A stretch of DNA of 64,000 nt from an uncultured Burkholderiales bacterium (lineage in GTDB: Bacteria; Pseudomonadota; Gammaproteobacteria; Burkholderiales; SHXO01): positions 99 through 64,098 of the forward strand of contig CAYLTE010000003.1 of assembly GCA_964386195.1 (NCBI GenBank), in the 5' to 3' direction. The translations under genes and the position numbers were made by a program. Shown piece by piece: positions 32,798 through 42,352 of this stretch. The notes beneath the pieces were generated by a model. It worked only from the letters and a program-made list of their open reading frames with translations. It ran no database searches and was not told the DNA's origin. Each line of letters begins with the position of its first letter. Position 1 is the first letter of the stretch.

Positions 32798-33586
32798 ATG
32801 GCTATCAACCGGCTTTTTGTCCGCAGCGCGCAGGTCAGCAACTCCGTCAAGGCGATGTGGGATTCGTTCCTGAATCTTATTGACTCTTCGGCACTGTCCA
32901 GCAAGTTCATATTCACGGAAGATTTTCATGGCACCTGGGCCATTGGCGATGCCGGCCCGGCGGACTATTTTTCTTCGACAGCCGGCTCCGGCACTGGTAA
33001 CCAGGTGGCGACGACCATTGCCAATTCGATCAACGGCGAAGTGACGTTGAAGAGTGCCAGTGACGACGGTACGCACGCGGCGAACTGCTCCTCGCTGACC
33101 GGCATCAATCTGGCCTTCAAGGCAAACCAGGGTGGTCTCGCAATGGAGGCGCGCCTGAAATTGAGCGATGTCTCTGAGGCGGTCCTGTTTGTCGGTTTCA
33201 CGGATACGATCAGCACCACAGTCGAACTGCCGATTTTCCTGAATGGCGCAGACATTGACTCGGACGCCACGAATGCCTGCGGCGTGGGCTACGACGTTGA
33301 CGGTACGATCAAGCAGTTCTTCCACGGCGGCGTCAAAGCGGATGTGGATACGGTGCCGGCTTATTCCGGCGGCGCACCGGTGGACAACGTGTACTTCACG
33401 GTCCGTGTCGAGGTCTCCGCGACCGGCGCGGTCCAGGGCTTCATCAATGGTCAGGCGATCGGCACCCCGGTGTCCAATGCGGTCACGATCACGACTGCGC
33501 TGACCCCGGCGATCATCGTGGGCAATCGCAGTGCGAACCAGGTCGTTGCGACGCTCGACTACTTCCACGTGGAACAGAACCGGTAA
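32798..33586 (+). CDS. head-module structural protein (262 aa), beta-rich; possible capsid-associated/decoration protein
   Basis: Position between scaffold and major capsid; no motif recognised. Confidence 0.65.
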   Translation: MAINRLFVRSAQVSNSVKAMWDSFLNLIDSSALSSKFIFTEDFHGTWAIGDAGPADYFSSTAGSGTGNQVATTIANSINGEVTLKSASDDGTHAANCSSLTGINLAFKANQGGLAMEARLKLSDVSEAVLFVGFTDTISTTVELPIFLNGADIDSDATNACGVGYDVDGTIKQFFHGGVKADVDTVPAYSGGAPVDNVYFTVRVEVSATGAVQGFINGQAIGTPVSNAVTITTALTPAIIVGNRSANQVVATLDYFHVEQNR

Positions 33587-33677
33587 TTTTTCCAGCAAAT
33601 GCTTCCGCTCGATCCCATAGTAGGGTCGGCTACGGCAAGATAAACGTAACCAACTTTACTCATCAAGGAAAACTGCT

Positions 33678-34670
33678 ATGGCAACCTCCCCGCAAGTTTA
33701 CGGCGACATCACCCCGCGTACCGCTGCGTATGCCATCGCCCCGCTGCTGAAGCGCGGCCATGAGGAAATGATCCTGGAGAAGTTCGGCCAGACTTTCCCG
33801 CTGCCGACCAAATCCACCATCGTCGCCAAGTTCCGTCGCTACGAGGCCCTGCCGCTCGCGACGACCGCCCTGGTTGAAGGTGTGACCCCGGCGGGCACCA
33901 AGCCGACCATCACGGACATCACCGCCACCCTGGCTGAGTACGGCGACTTCATCCCGTACAGCGGCTTCATGCTGGACACGCACGAGGATCCGATCCTGAA
34001 GGAATACGGCGCCCTGTGCATGCAGCAGGCCGCGGAGACTGTCGAGACCATCCGCTACAACGTGCTGAAGGCCGGCTCGAATGTGGGCTTAGCCAACGGC
34101 ACTGGCCGCGGCGATGTGAACACGCCGATCACCCTGGCTGCGCAGCGCACTGCGACGGCGGCCCTGCTCCGCCAGCGCGCGAAGTACATCAAAGAAGTGG
34201 TGTCCTCGAACCCCAACTTCCGTACTGAGCCGGTGGAAGCCGCGTTCGTGGCCATCGTCCACTCGGACGTGACCAACGACATTCGCAACATGCCCGGCTT
34301 CATCCCGGTCAAGCAGTACGGCTCGGCGAGCCCCTGGGCCAACGAGATCGGCTCTGTCGAGGATGTGCGCTACGTGCGTTCGACCCTCTTCACTCCGTTC
34401 GCGGACGCCGGCGGTGCCAAGGGCGCGATGCGCTCCACGACTGGCACCAACGCCGACGTTTACCCGGTGCTGTACCTGGCGCAGGACGCGTACGGTATCG
34501 TCCCGCTGAAGGGCGCCAACGCGATGTCGCTGATCGCGCACAACCCGGGTTCGTCCGGCACTGCGGATCCGCTGAACCAGCGCGGCACCCTGGGCTGGAA
34601 GATTGCGCAGACCAGCGCGATCCTGAACGACCTGTGGATCTACCGCCTGGAAGTTGCGGTCACGGCGTAA
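33678..34670 (+). CDS. major capsid protein, N4-gp56 family type
   Basis: PRTAAYAIAPLLKRGHEEMILEKFGQ...KFRRYEALP...LVEGVTPAG...DTHEDPILKEYG...QAAETVE matches the recalled conserved blocks of that family. Confidence 0.9.
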   Translation: MATSPQVYGDITPRTAAYAIAPLLKRGHEEMILEKFGQTFPLPTKSTIVAKFRRYEALPLATTALVEGVTPAGTKPTITDITATLAEYGDFIPYSGFMLDTHEDPILKEYGALCMQQAAETVETIRYNVLKAGSNVGLANGTGRGDVNTPITLAAQRTATAALLRQRAKYIKEVVSSNPNFRTEPVEAAFVAIVHSDVTNDIRNMPGFIPVKQYGSASPWANEIGSVEDVRYVRSTLFTPFADAGGAKGAMRSTTGTNADVYPVLYLAQDAYGIVPLKGANAMSLIAHNPGSSGTADPLNQRGTLGWKIAQTSAILNDLWIYRLEVAVTA

Positions 34671-34682
34671 CACATGACGGCG

Positions 34683-34696
34683 GGGGCTTAGGCCCC
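34683..34696 (+). other. short GC hairpin just after the capsid gene
   Basis: GGGGC-ttag-GCCCC, 13 nt after the stop; no U-tract. Confidence 0.4.
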
Positions 34697-34733
34697 TGTC
34701 GCATCACACCCATTTTCGACTCAGGAGACTCAC

Positions 34734-35144
34734 ATGGCTGCACCCACCGTAGTCCGCACCAACGATAACGGCGCCCCGAACCGTACCCAGATCGTTTTCA
34801 AGGGTACGTACACTGCCGCGTCGGATGTCTATGACGCGAACGGCATCACGATGGACGCCGGCGTCATCACCATCAAGCTCGGCTTCGTACCGTCGCGCGT
34901 CATGGTCAAGAACGTGACCGACCGCCTGACACAGGAGTGGTTCAAGGGCATGAACCAGGGCGACTTCCTGGAGACCGTCGCTGCTGGGGACCAGACCCTG
35001 CAGACGGATGACCAGATCGTCGTGACCGAAGACCCCTCGGGCTCGGCACCGGTGCGCTACAATCCGACTGCCACGCTGACCATCACGGCGGCGGGTGGCG
35101 CGATGACCGACAACGACACGGTGATCGTGATCGCTGAAGGCTGA
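34734..35144 (+). CDS. head-module protein (136 aa)
   Basis: AGGAG RBS; immediately follows the capsid gene. Confidence 0.7.
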   Translation: MAAPTVVRTNDNGAPNRTQIVFKGTYTAASDVYDANGITMDAGVITIKLGFVPSRVMVKNVTDRLTQEWFKGMNQGDFLETVAAGDQTLQTDDQIVVTEDPSGSAPVRYNPTATLTITAAGGAMTDNDTVIVIAEG

Positions 35145-35191
35145 TTGAGATCATGACCTGCAGAGCACCGCAGGTCATTTCGGGAGTGCAC

Positions 35192-35464
35192 ATGAACGGC
35201 ATGCGGTGTCGCATTTCGGTCGAAGCCTTGGAGAACGGATTCGAGGTTGAAGTACCGGATATGGAAGCCATGAAGAAAAACATGGCGGAAAAGCGCAAGC
35301 AGAAGGGGTATGAATCTTATACTCCGTACGCGGGCGATTTCACGAAAAAGTACGCAGCAAAAAACGTGAAGGAAGTCATCAAGCTCGTGAACGGTGCGCT
35401 CAGCGGCCTGCCGGAAATGGACTTTGATACGGCCTTCAAAGAGGCGAGCAAAGCAGTTGCTTAA
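35192..35464 (+). CDS. hypothetical protein (90 aa; ORF open from 35153)
   Basis: GGGAG RBS 5 nt before the ATG at 35192, a better site than 35153. Confidence 0.55.
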   Translation: MNGMRCRISVEALENGFEVEVPDMEAMKKNMAEKRKQKGYESYTPYAGDFTKKYAAKNVKEVIKLVNGALSGLPEMDFDTAFKEASKAVA

Positions 35465-35479
35465 ACTTGGAGACGAGAC

Positions 35480-35995
35480 ATGACCGACGAAAACAACGAG
35501 TTTGGAATCCCGGGCAGCGAGCAGTTTGAGACTCCGGAGCAGCGGCGCGAGCGTCTGCAGCGCGAAGCGGATCGGCTGATCGCGGCGGAAGTCGAGAAGG
35601 AAGAAGTTGCGCAAATGGTGGCTGAGGCCCGTGCGAAGCGTGCCGGCGCCAACTTGCCCACCGATACGGACGGCTTCCGGAAAGAATACGTGTACGTGAC
35701 CGTGTTCGAGGGCAGTCAGCCGTTCGACCTGCCGTACGTCCCCCTGGGCATCAACGGCTTCGTCATCAAGGTTCCGCGCGGGCAGGAGGTCATTCTGCCG
35801 AAGGAATTCGTGACGGAGTGCCTGCAGAACGCAATCCAGGAAGTGACCGTGCGCAGTCAAGGCGGCCTCATCACGCGGCCGGTGCATCGCTTCCCCTTCA
35901 ACGTCCGCGGCGAGGCGACTGAAGAAGCCTATCGCGCATTCCAGAGCAAGCAGAAGAACCTGGCGCGCGAGCAGACGATGGCTCAGACACAGTAA
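35480..35995 (+). CDS. hypothetical structural-module protein (171 aa)
   Basis: GGAGA RBS; in the late operon. Confidence 0.7.
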   Translation: MTDENNEFGIPGSEQFETPEQRRERLQREADRLIAAEVEKEEVAQMVAEARAKRAGANLPTDTDGFRKEYVYVTVFEGSQPFDLPYVPLGINGFVIKVPRGQEVILPKEFVTECLQNAIQEVTVRSQGGLITRPVHRFPFNVRGEATEEAYRAFQSKQKNLAREQTMAQTQ

Positions 35996-36031
35996 TCTTG
36001 AACCATAGGACGGCTTAGGTGTCTTATCTAC

Positions 36032-36691
36032 ATGAAAGCAAGCGGCGTTTATGAAATTCTAAACACCGTTACCGGCCGACGCTATATCGGGTCGGCTGTT
36101 TGTTTGTCTGCCCGCGAAAAGCAGCATTTTTCCGCTTTGCGTCGGAATAAGCATCATAATATAAAATTGCAGCAGTCGTTTTTTAAGCATGGTGCCTCAG
36201 CTTTTAAATTTTTGCCAATTTTGACTTGTTCTAAGCGCATGCTGTTTTTTTATGAGCAGCAGCTTCTTGACAAAGTTTCCCCCGAATACAATTTAAGTCC
36301 TACGGCGGGCACTCCGCTCGGTGTTAAACACTCTGCAGCAAGCCGTGCAAATATGTCTGCGGCGCATAAAGGGCGCGGCCAGACTCGGGCAGTATTACAA
36401 AAAATGTCGGATACTTTGCGTGGGCGTGCGATGCCGCTTGCACAGCGCGATAAGATACGGGCTGCGCATCTCGGAAAGAAAATGAGCCCCTCCGCAGTAG
36501 AAAAGTCAGCGCGGGCGCGCAAAGGCCGAAAATTATCTAGTGAGCATCGGGAGAAGCTGCGCTTGTCCTTACTCGGGAATACGTACGCAAAGGGGGGGAA
36601 AGGGCGAACTCTTTCTGACGTACACCGCGCCCGGATAAAAATGTCCGCGCGGGCGCGAAACAATCTCCCCGTAGTGGATATTGTATTATGA
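36032..36691 (+). CDS. GIY-YIG homing endonuclease with NUMOD3-like repeats
   Basis: GVYEILNTVTGRRYIGSA (GIY...YIG) and repeated H.GRK.S.E.R.K motifs. The gene is visibly AT-richer than its flanks. Confidence 0.88.
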   Translation: MKASGVYEILNTVTGRRYIGSAVCLSAREKQHFSALRRNKHHNIKLQQSFFKHGASAFKFLPILTCSKRMLFFYEQQLLDKVSPEYNLSPTAGTPLGVKHSAASRANMSAAHKGRGQTRAVLQKMSDTLRGRAMPLAQRDKIRAAHLGKKMSPSAVEKSARARKGRKLSSEHREKLRLSLLGNTYAKGGKGRTLSDVHRARIKMSARARNNLPVVDIVL

Positions 36692-37446
36692 CGCTACAAG
36701 AAATGCTTACATACTGCGCTGAGCAGTATCTCGATGATCGCGTAGAACTTGTTGACGGTGATCCGGACGAGCTTTGGAGTGACTCCTTCCTCGTCCGGCA
36801 GTTCAATGAGGCGCAGCGGCTACTCGCGCACGGCGCTTGGTGCATTATCGAGTATGGGGTAGCTCCGGCGGGGGTTGTCACCCTGGTTACGGGGCGGGAA
36901 CTGTACCCGCTGCACAAAAGCATTTTGAAGGTCTACGATGCGACGCCGACGACGCAGACTGCGCCGCTCGGGCGTACCGACGACATTGCCTTGCGTACAC
37001 CCCGAGCGCCCGGGATGGACGCCTACACGCTGGGTGAAGCTGCGGCGCTGGCTGGGGCCTCAACTACGTACGCGGGCGCTCCGCTGGCGATTGCGACGGA
37101 TGCGGCGACAAAGACCATGCGTGTTTACCCGGCGCCCGCGGCTGAACAAAATGGGCTGCAAGTCTTACTGAAAATTGCACGGCTGCCGATCAAGCAGTTG
37201 TCGCTTGACAAACTTACAGCGTGTCCCGAGGTGCCTGAAGAGTGGCACCTGGCATTGTGCGAGTTTGCGGCAGGTAAAGCACTGACGCTCCCCAACGTGG
37301 ATGCGGAGCAAAAGCCTGAAGGGCGGCGCCTCCTGGACGAGTTTGACAAGACAGTACGCGAAGCGCGCCGCGCCCGACAGCGCATGGAGATTAACGACTC
37401 CCGTTGGGGCTTTAACACCGCAACGTCGTTACTTGGCCGGCGGTAA
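36688..37446 (+). CDS. virion structural protein (252 aa), possible head-tail adaptor
   Basis: Position after the head genes; ATGA coupling. Confidence 0.65.
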   Translation: MTLQEMLTYCAEQYLDDRVELVDGDPDELWSDSFLVRQFNEAQRLLAHGAWCIIEYGVAPAGVVTLVTGRELYPLHKSILKVYDATPTTQTAPLGRTDDIALRTPRAPGMDAYTLGEAAALAGASTTYAGAPLAIATDAATKTMRVYPAPAAEQNGLQVLLKIARLPIKQLSLDKLTACPEVPEEWHLALCEFAAGKALTLPNVDAEQKPEGRRLLDEFDKTVREARRARQRMEINDSRWGFNTATSLLGRR

Positions 37447-37448
37447 CC

Positions 37449-38684
37449 ATGGCGCTCGATCCTCGCGAGGGCCTGTCAGAATTCACCGAGTTCAAGGGCC
37501 TGCGCAACACTGTTGACGCACATGACTTTGGCCCGGGTGACTTGTCGATCGCGCTCAATGTCGATATTGACGATGCGGAGACGATTGCGCGCCGAAAAGG
37601 CTACAGCACGGCGGTCGTGGTTGGGGTAGATCGCGATTTGTTCGCGCATGGCGCGCTCTGCGTGGGGGTGGGTAGCAATACACTGAAGCGGATCTTGCCA
37701 GATTACAGCACGATCGAGCTTCGTTCTGGCTTACCTGCCGGGCGAGCATTGAGTTATTGCCCAGTTGCGGATCGCATTTATTACAGCGCAGGTGCCCTGA
37801 CGGGCGCAGTCTCCGCGGCAGGCCATCGCTCTTGGGGGCTGGTACCTCCGGCCCTGGGTACGCATGTTGTGTCCGGGGGTGGGCTACTCGCTGGGCGGTA
37901 TCAGTGGACCGCGACGTACGTGCGCAGCGACGGGCAGGAGTCCGGCGCACCACTGGCGCGCGTAGTCGATGTTCCGACCGGCGGCGGGTTCACAGTAAGC
38001 GTTCCTGCATCCAGCGATCCCGATGTTGTTGCGAAGTGGGTGTATGTCTCCACTCGGGACGGGCAGACGCTGTATCGTTACACCGTCGTTGCCAATGCGA
38101 CTACGGAGATTCCGGTGCTGAGCGCACTGCCGGCAACCGTTCCACTCGAAACACAATTCCTGGTTCCATCGTCCGCACTGGGCAGCATATCCCACATGGC
38201 CTACGGCAATGGTCACCTGCTGGTCGCGGTGGACAACCGGCTGTTCGTATCGGAGCCGTACGCGCCGGAGCTTTTTGATCCTCGGAAGGTCTATCCGTTC
38301 CCCGATCGGATTACCCTGGTATCCTTCCTGGAAGACGGCGCCTGGATTGGGACGGACTCGCAGATTGCTTGGATCGCCAATGCAGATATTGATCGTTGGG
38401 AGTTCAAGCAGCGCGCGAAGTACGGGGCAATCCCGGGGACGGCAGTACTTCACTCCGCAGAGGATATCGGCGAGGGCGAATCGAAGCTGCCTGCAGTACT
38501 CTTTGCGAGTGCAGAGGGCCTCTGCGCGGGGCTGGCGAATGGGCAGTTCGTGAATTTTACAAAGGGGCGCTTTGCGTACCCGAAGCAAGCGAAAGGTGCC
38601 GGGGTAGTGCGAGACTACCGAGGCAGCGTACAATATTTGGTATCTTTGAACGGTCCGGAGACTCCGGGCAACACGGCGAATTAA
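37449..38684 (+). CDS. virion structural protein (411 aa)
   Basis: Long late-operon ORF, beta-rich. Confidence 0.75.
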   Translation: MALDPREGLSEFTEFKGLRNTVDAHDFGPGDLSIALNVDIDDAETIARRKGYSTAVVVGVDRDLFAHGALCVGVGSNTLKRILPDYSTIELRSGLPAGRALSYCPVADRIYYSAGALTGAVSAAGHRSWGLVPPALGTHVVSGGGLLAGRYQWTATYVRSDGQESGAPLARVVDVPTGGGFTVSVPASSDPDVVAKWVYVSTRDGQTLYRYTVVANATTEIPVLSALPATVPLETQFLVPSSALGSISHMAYGNGHLLVAVDNRLFVSEPYAPELFDPRKVYPFPDRITLVSFLEDGAWIGTDSQIAWIANADIDRWEFKQRAKYGAIPGTAVLHSAEDIGEGESKLPAVLFASAEGLCAGLANGQFVNFTKGRFAYPKQAKGAGVVRDYRGSVQYLVSLNGPETPGNTAN

Positions 38685-38716
38685 ATCCACACACCTAAAA
38701 ACACAGGAGCAGCGCA

Positions 38717-39502
38717 ATGTCCATTCAACAGTCCACCGGTCTCCGGAACCACTTGCAGCAAGGCGGTTCGTTCCGCAGCGCCTTTCAGGGCGGCAAACTG
38801 AGCATTTACTCTGGCGCGCAGCCCGCGAATGCGGATGCTGCCCCCAGCGGCACCTTGCTGGTCACCATCACGGATGGCGCCGGTGCGCATACGCCCGAGG
38901 TTCAGGCGACAGGCACGATCACGATCGCCGGCACATCCGGCACGATCACCGGCATCACCCTCGGCGGCGTGCAGATCCTGGGGGCTACCGTTACCTGGGC
39001 AAGCTCGAATGACAATACAGCGGCCCTGATCGCCGAGCAGATCAACAAGTTCCACGGACACAAGATTGTTACGGCCAGTGCGGCCGGAGCGGTTGTCACC
39101 CTCAAGGCACGCCTAGGCTTCGGCGCCTCGATCAATGGCATGGTGGTGACCTCCACCGAGTCGGGCGGCGATATTGCCGCGACCGATGTGAACATGGGCA
39201 GCGGTGTCGCCGGCGTGAATTCCGCAAACGGCCTGAATTTTGATGATGTTGTCGCGGGCTTGCTGGTCAAGCGTACGGGGCAAACGTGGTCGGGTGTTGG
39301 CGCCGCGGACGGCACTGCCGGCTGGTTCCGGCTGCGCGGCCCCATCGCGGACAATGACTCTGCGGACAGCGCCGGCTCGTTCACACGACTGGATGGCAAC
39401 ATTGCTACCTCCGGCGGCGATATGAACGCCTCCACGACCACGCTGGCTTCGGGCGCGACGCATACGATCAGCACCTTCTCGCCGCTCGAACCGGCAGCGT
39501 AA
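38717..39502 (+). CDS. virion structural protein (261 aa)
   Basis: AGGAG RBS; Gly/Ala/Thr-rich. Confidence 0.75.
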   Translation: MSIQQSTGLRNHLQQGGSFRSAFQGGKLSIYSGAQPANADAAPSGTLLVTITDGAGAHTPEVQATGTITIAGTSGTITGITLGGVQILGATVTWASSNDNTAALIAEQINKFHGHKIVTASAAGAVVTLKARLGFGASINGMVVTSTESGGDIAATDVNMGSGVAGVNSANGLNFDDVVAGLLVKRTGQTWSGVGAADGTAGWFRLRGPIADNDSADSAGSFTRLDGNIATSGGDMNASTTTLASGATHTISTFSPLEPAA

Positions 39503-39543
39503 CTGATGTCGCGCGCAGTGTCGCGCGGTAACTGAGGACGCGT

Positions 39544-40461
39544 ATGTCGGCGAATTTCATTGCCACGTTCAGTTTGCCGAGGGTGACCCTCTCGGCAACT
39601 GCCGCGTTTGTTGGTACCGGAGCTTCGTTCACACTCCCGAAGGGGACGCTGACCGCGACCCTGGAGAGCAACTGGCTTCGTGCGTCTCCAATATTGCCGC
39701 GGCTGCAGCTTACCGCCCAGCTTCAGGCCGGCGCCGCACTCAGTGCAGAGCCGCGTCTGCCGTCCGCCCGGCTTACGGCACAGTTCTTGCCTGCCGTTAT
39801 CCTTTCAGCAACACCGACACTGCCCAAGCTGCGCCTGTCTGCGCAGGCGCTTATTGGTGGGTTGCTTACTGCCGCGCCAGAGCTTCCGGCGACTACGCTC
39901 ACTGCACAGCTTCGCTCGGACGCGGCCTTGCAGGCGGCATTCACACTACCGCGCATCCGCCTGTCGGCAGAGCTTGTTACGGCGGCTTCCGCTGCGTATC
40001 GCACCTGGGCACTGAACCTGCGCCGCAATGCCCTCACGGAGTATGACAATTTCGATTTCAATTCCTACGCGATATTCAACGGCCAGGTGCTCGCGTGCGG
40101 ACCTGCTGGTGTTGTTGTGCTCGGCACGCAGGACTTGGATGGCGCAGCGCCGATCGACGCGGAATGGCGTACTGGACAGTCAGACTTTGGGTTCTCCCAG
40201 CACAGCCGCGTACCGCGCCTGTATGCCGCAGGCTCGCAGGACGGGGATCTGCACTTCAAGGTCATTACAAAAGAGCAGGGCGCACGCACGTACTTGCTCC
40301 CGTGGAATCATATCACGGAGCATACGCAGCGCCGCGTGCCGATTGGCAAAGGGCCGCGCAGCCGCTTCTGGCAGTTCGGTGCTGCGAACGTCGCCGGATC
40401 TGACTTTTCCACAAGCTCGGTGATGGCCTACCCCACGAAGCTCCGCCGGCGCGTCTCGTGA
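39544..40461 (+). CDS. virion structural protein with seven N-terminal ~20-aa repeats; possibly tail-tubular-A-like
   Basis: Repeats with core (F/P)xLPxxxL(S/T)A. The tail-tubular guess rests on position only. Confidence 0.7.
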   Translation: MSANFIATFSLPRVTLSATAAFVGTGASFTLPKGTLTATLESNWLRASPILPRLQLTAQLQAGAALSAEPRLPSARLTAQFLPAVILSATPTLPKLRLSAQALIGGLLTAAPELPATTLTAQLRSDAALQAAFTLPRIRLSAELVTAASAAYRTWALNLRRNALTEYDNFDFNSYAIFNGQVLACGPAGVVVLGTQDLDGAAPIDAEWRTGQSDFGFSQHSRVPRLYAAGSQDGDLHFKVITKEQGARTYLLPWNHITEHTQRRVPIGKGPRSRFWQFGAANVAGSDFSTSSVMAYPTKLRRRVS

Positions 40462-42278
40462 GCCTTCGGCTGCAGATTGAACCGGGCGGAGAAAAGTACT
40501 TCAGCTTCGCCAAGCGGAAGCTTGACGCGCTGAAGCAGATGATGGTGCGGTCGAGGCTTCAGCATTTTTCGCGGCATTTCAAAATCAGCGAATCCGAAAG
40601 TATTTGGATAAAGTCGATCCGCGTTCGGGACGGCGTTTTTCTCGACTGGATTCGTATTACTGCGAGGGCAGTCGGAGGCTTGTTTGAGCTTATAAATGCG
40701 GACGAGCTTGTGGTGGTGAGGGATTTGGAGACCGACCCGTACACGGATGAGGAGCAGGCCATAGTGGATCAGGCGGACGCCGACCTGGCCGCGCGTATCA
40801 TAACGATCGACGAATACAACGCCATCGTTGACGCCCTCAACGTGACGCCGTTGATCGATCCCGCGCTGTTGGACCCGGCAGCAACGAACTACGGTCTGGT
40901 TTTACCCGACCGCGTGCTTCTGGGTGATGAGACGTTCGACACGTCCAAGCTCCTGAACGACAGCTTCAAGCGCCAGCACCCGACGGAGTACGCAAACCTG
41001 GATTGGTATGCGCACCCGCTCGGGTCAGGGATGTTTTATATCCACCGCTCCAGGTTCGTGTATTCCCCGAGCATCGAAGGCGGGACCATGGTGGTAGTGC
41101 GTTCCAACACGAACTACGGGACAGCGTCGTCCGATATCACGGAGGCCACCACGGTTATATGGGTTTCCCAGATCAAGAGGAAGACGCAGGCGGTTGAGTT
41201 CGGGGCTGCGCAGGGCGCGGACCCAGACTTCGTCATACGTCTGACCAAGCAACCGTCTGTGGTCGGCCCCGTCACCGCGGTGTACGGTCTTAGCACAGCT
41301 GTGGGGCGCGACCTTCGCGTAGCTGTGCCTTACCGCACATCGGAGACCGATGTCGGTGTTCGTACTTTCCGTCCTGGGGAGGCAGCAGTAGATAGCCTGA
41401 GCACGGCTTTCCCAGTTGGGTATTCGGCCTCAGGCTACGTAGCCTTGAACCGGTCGGATACATACCTCTTGGCCGTCGGGTACGATGATAATTTCGCCAG
41501 CAAAGCCGTCCTGAAACGGGACCGCCAAGGCGTGGAGGAGGAGATTTTTTCCTACGACTTTGCTGAAGCCGCGAACGGGGCAATACCTCTCGTACTACGT
41601 GTGACGGACCATGGTTACGGGGCAGCGTTTTCTGGGCAGGATGCATCTGAGGGGCTTCGCCCGGTGTATTTTGCTTCGGCGGCGGGTATAACAGAGCTGT
41701 ACGACGCCACTTTTCAGCCTTTTAATCTTGGGGGTTTTTTGCACCAGGGCCAGGTCGATATCAGTTCCGAAGGCGTGGCTGCGTTCGCCCATATGGGCCC
41801 CAATCTGGCATCGGAATCCGCGGGCAACTACCTGGTGGTGAAGATAGACGGCGTCTCGGTCTACCGCATAGCCGGACCGGCAGGCACGTTGTCATCCCTC
41901 AACAGTACTCTCTTTGTCCGCTGGACGCCGGACGGGCGCTACCTTGTGGTCCAGCACAGCAACGCCGTGTTCCGGGTATTCTCCCGGGACGGGACTCAGG
42001 TTTTTGTCGGGACCGGTTGGCCGTCCGTCGCGGTTACGGCGGGGCGAATCCTGCCCGGCACAGTCGTCACAGCCGGCGGGGTCACAACCAGAACCTACAC
42101 CCTGCAGGCGGAGTTCGCGATCGACGCGGACACGCCGCTGGCCAGGGACAAACTCATGACCGTTGTCGAGGACGGCACGGACATCACGGTCACATTCGGC
42201 GCCACGGTCGAACGTCCGCGGATCTGGGATGCGGCGTTGGGCGGGGGAATTTGGGAGACCGCCGCAGTGTTAGACTAG
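40458..42278 (+). CDS. virion structural protein (606 aa), possibly tail-tubular-B/nozzle-like
   Basis: GTGA coupling, size and position. Confidence 0.7.
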   Translation: MSLRLQIEPGGEKYFSFAKRKLDALKQMMVRSRLQHFSRHFKISESESIWIKSIRVRDGVFLDWIRITARAVGGLFELINADELVVVRDLETDPYTDEEQAIVDQADADLAARIITIDEYNAIVDALNVTPLIDPALLDPAATNYGLVLPDRVLLGDETFDTSKLLNDSFKRQHPTEYANLDWYAHPLGSGMFYIHRSRFVYSPSIEGGTMVVVRSNTNYGTASSDITEATTVIWVSQIKRKTQAVEFGAAQGADPDFVIRLTKQPSVVGPVTAVYGLSTAVGRDLRVAVPYRTSETDVGVRTFRPGEAAVDSLSTAFPVGYSASGYVALNRSDTYLLAVGYDDNFASKAVLKRDRQGVEEEIFSYDFAEAANGAIPLVLRVTDHGYGAAFSGQDASEGLRPVYFASAAGITELYDATFQPFNLGGFLHQGQVDISSEGVAAFAHMGPNLASESAGNYLVVKIDGVSVYRIAGPAGTLSSLNSTLFVRWTPDGRYLVVQHSNAVFRVFSRDGTQVFVGTGWPSVAVTAGRILPGTVVTAGGVTTRTYTLQAEFAIDADTPLARDKLMTVVEDGTDITVTFGATVERPRIWDAALGGGIWETAAVLD

Positions 42279-42352
42279 CAGGTTCCCGCGCCCGCGGTTA
42301 TCAGGTATACTGTTCACATCATCCCATTCTCGCCCGGAGCAGGCATAGAATA

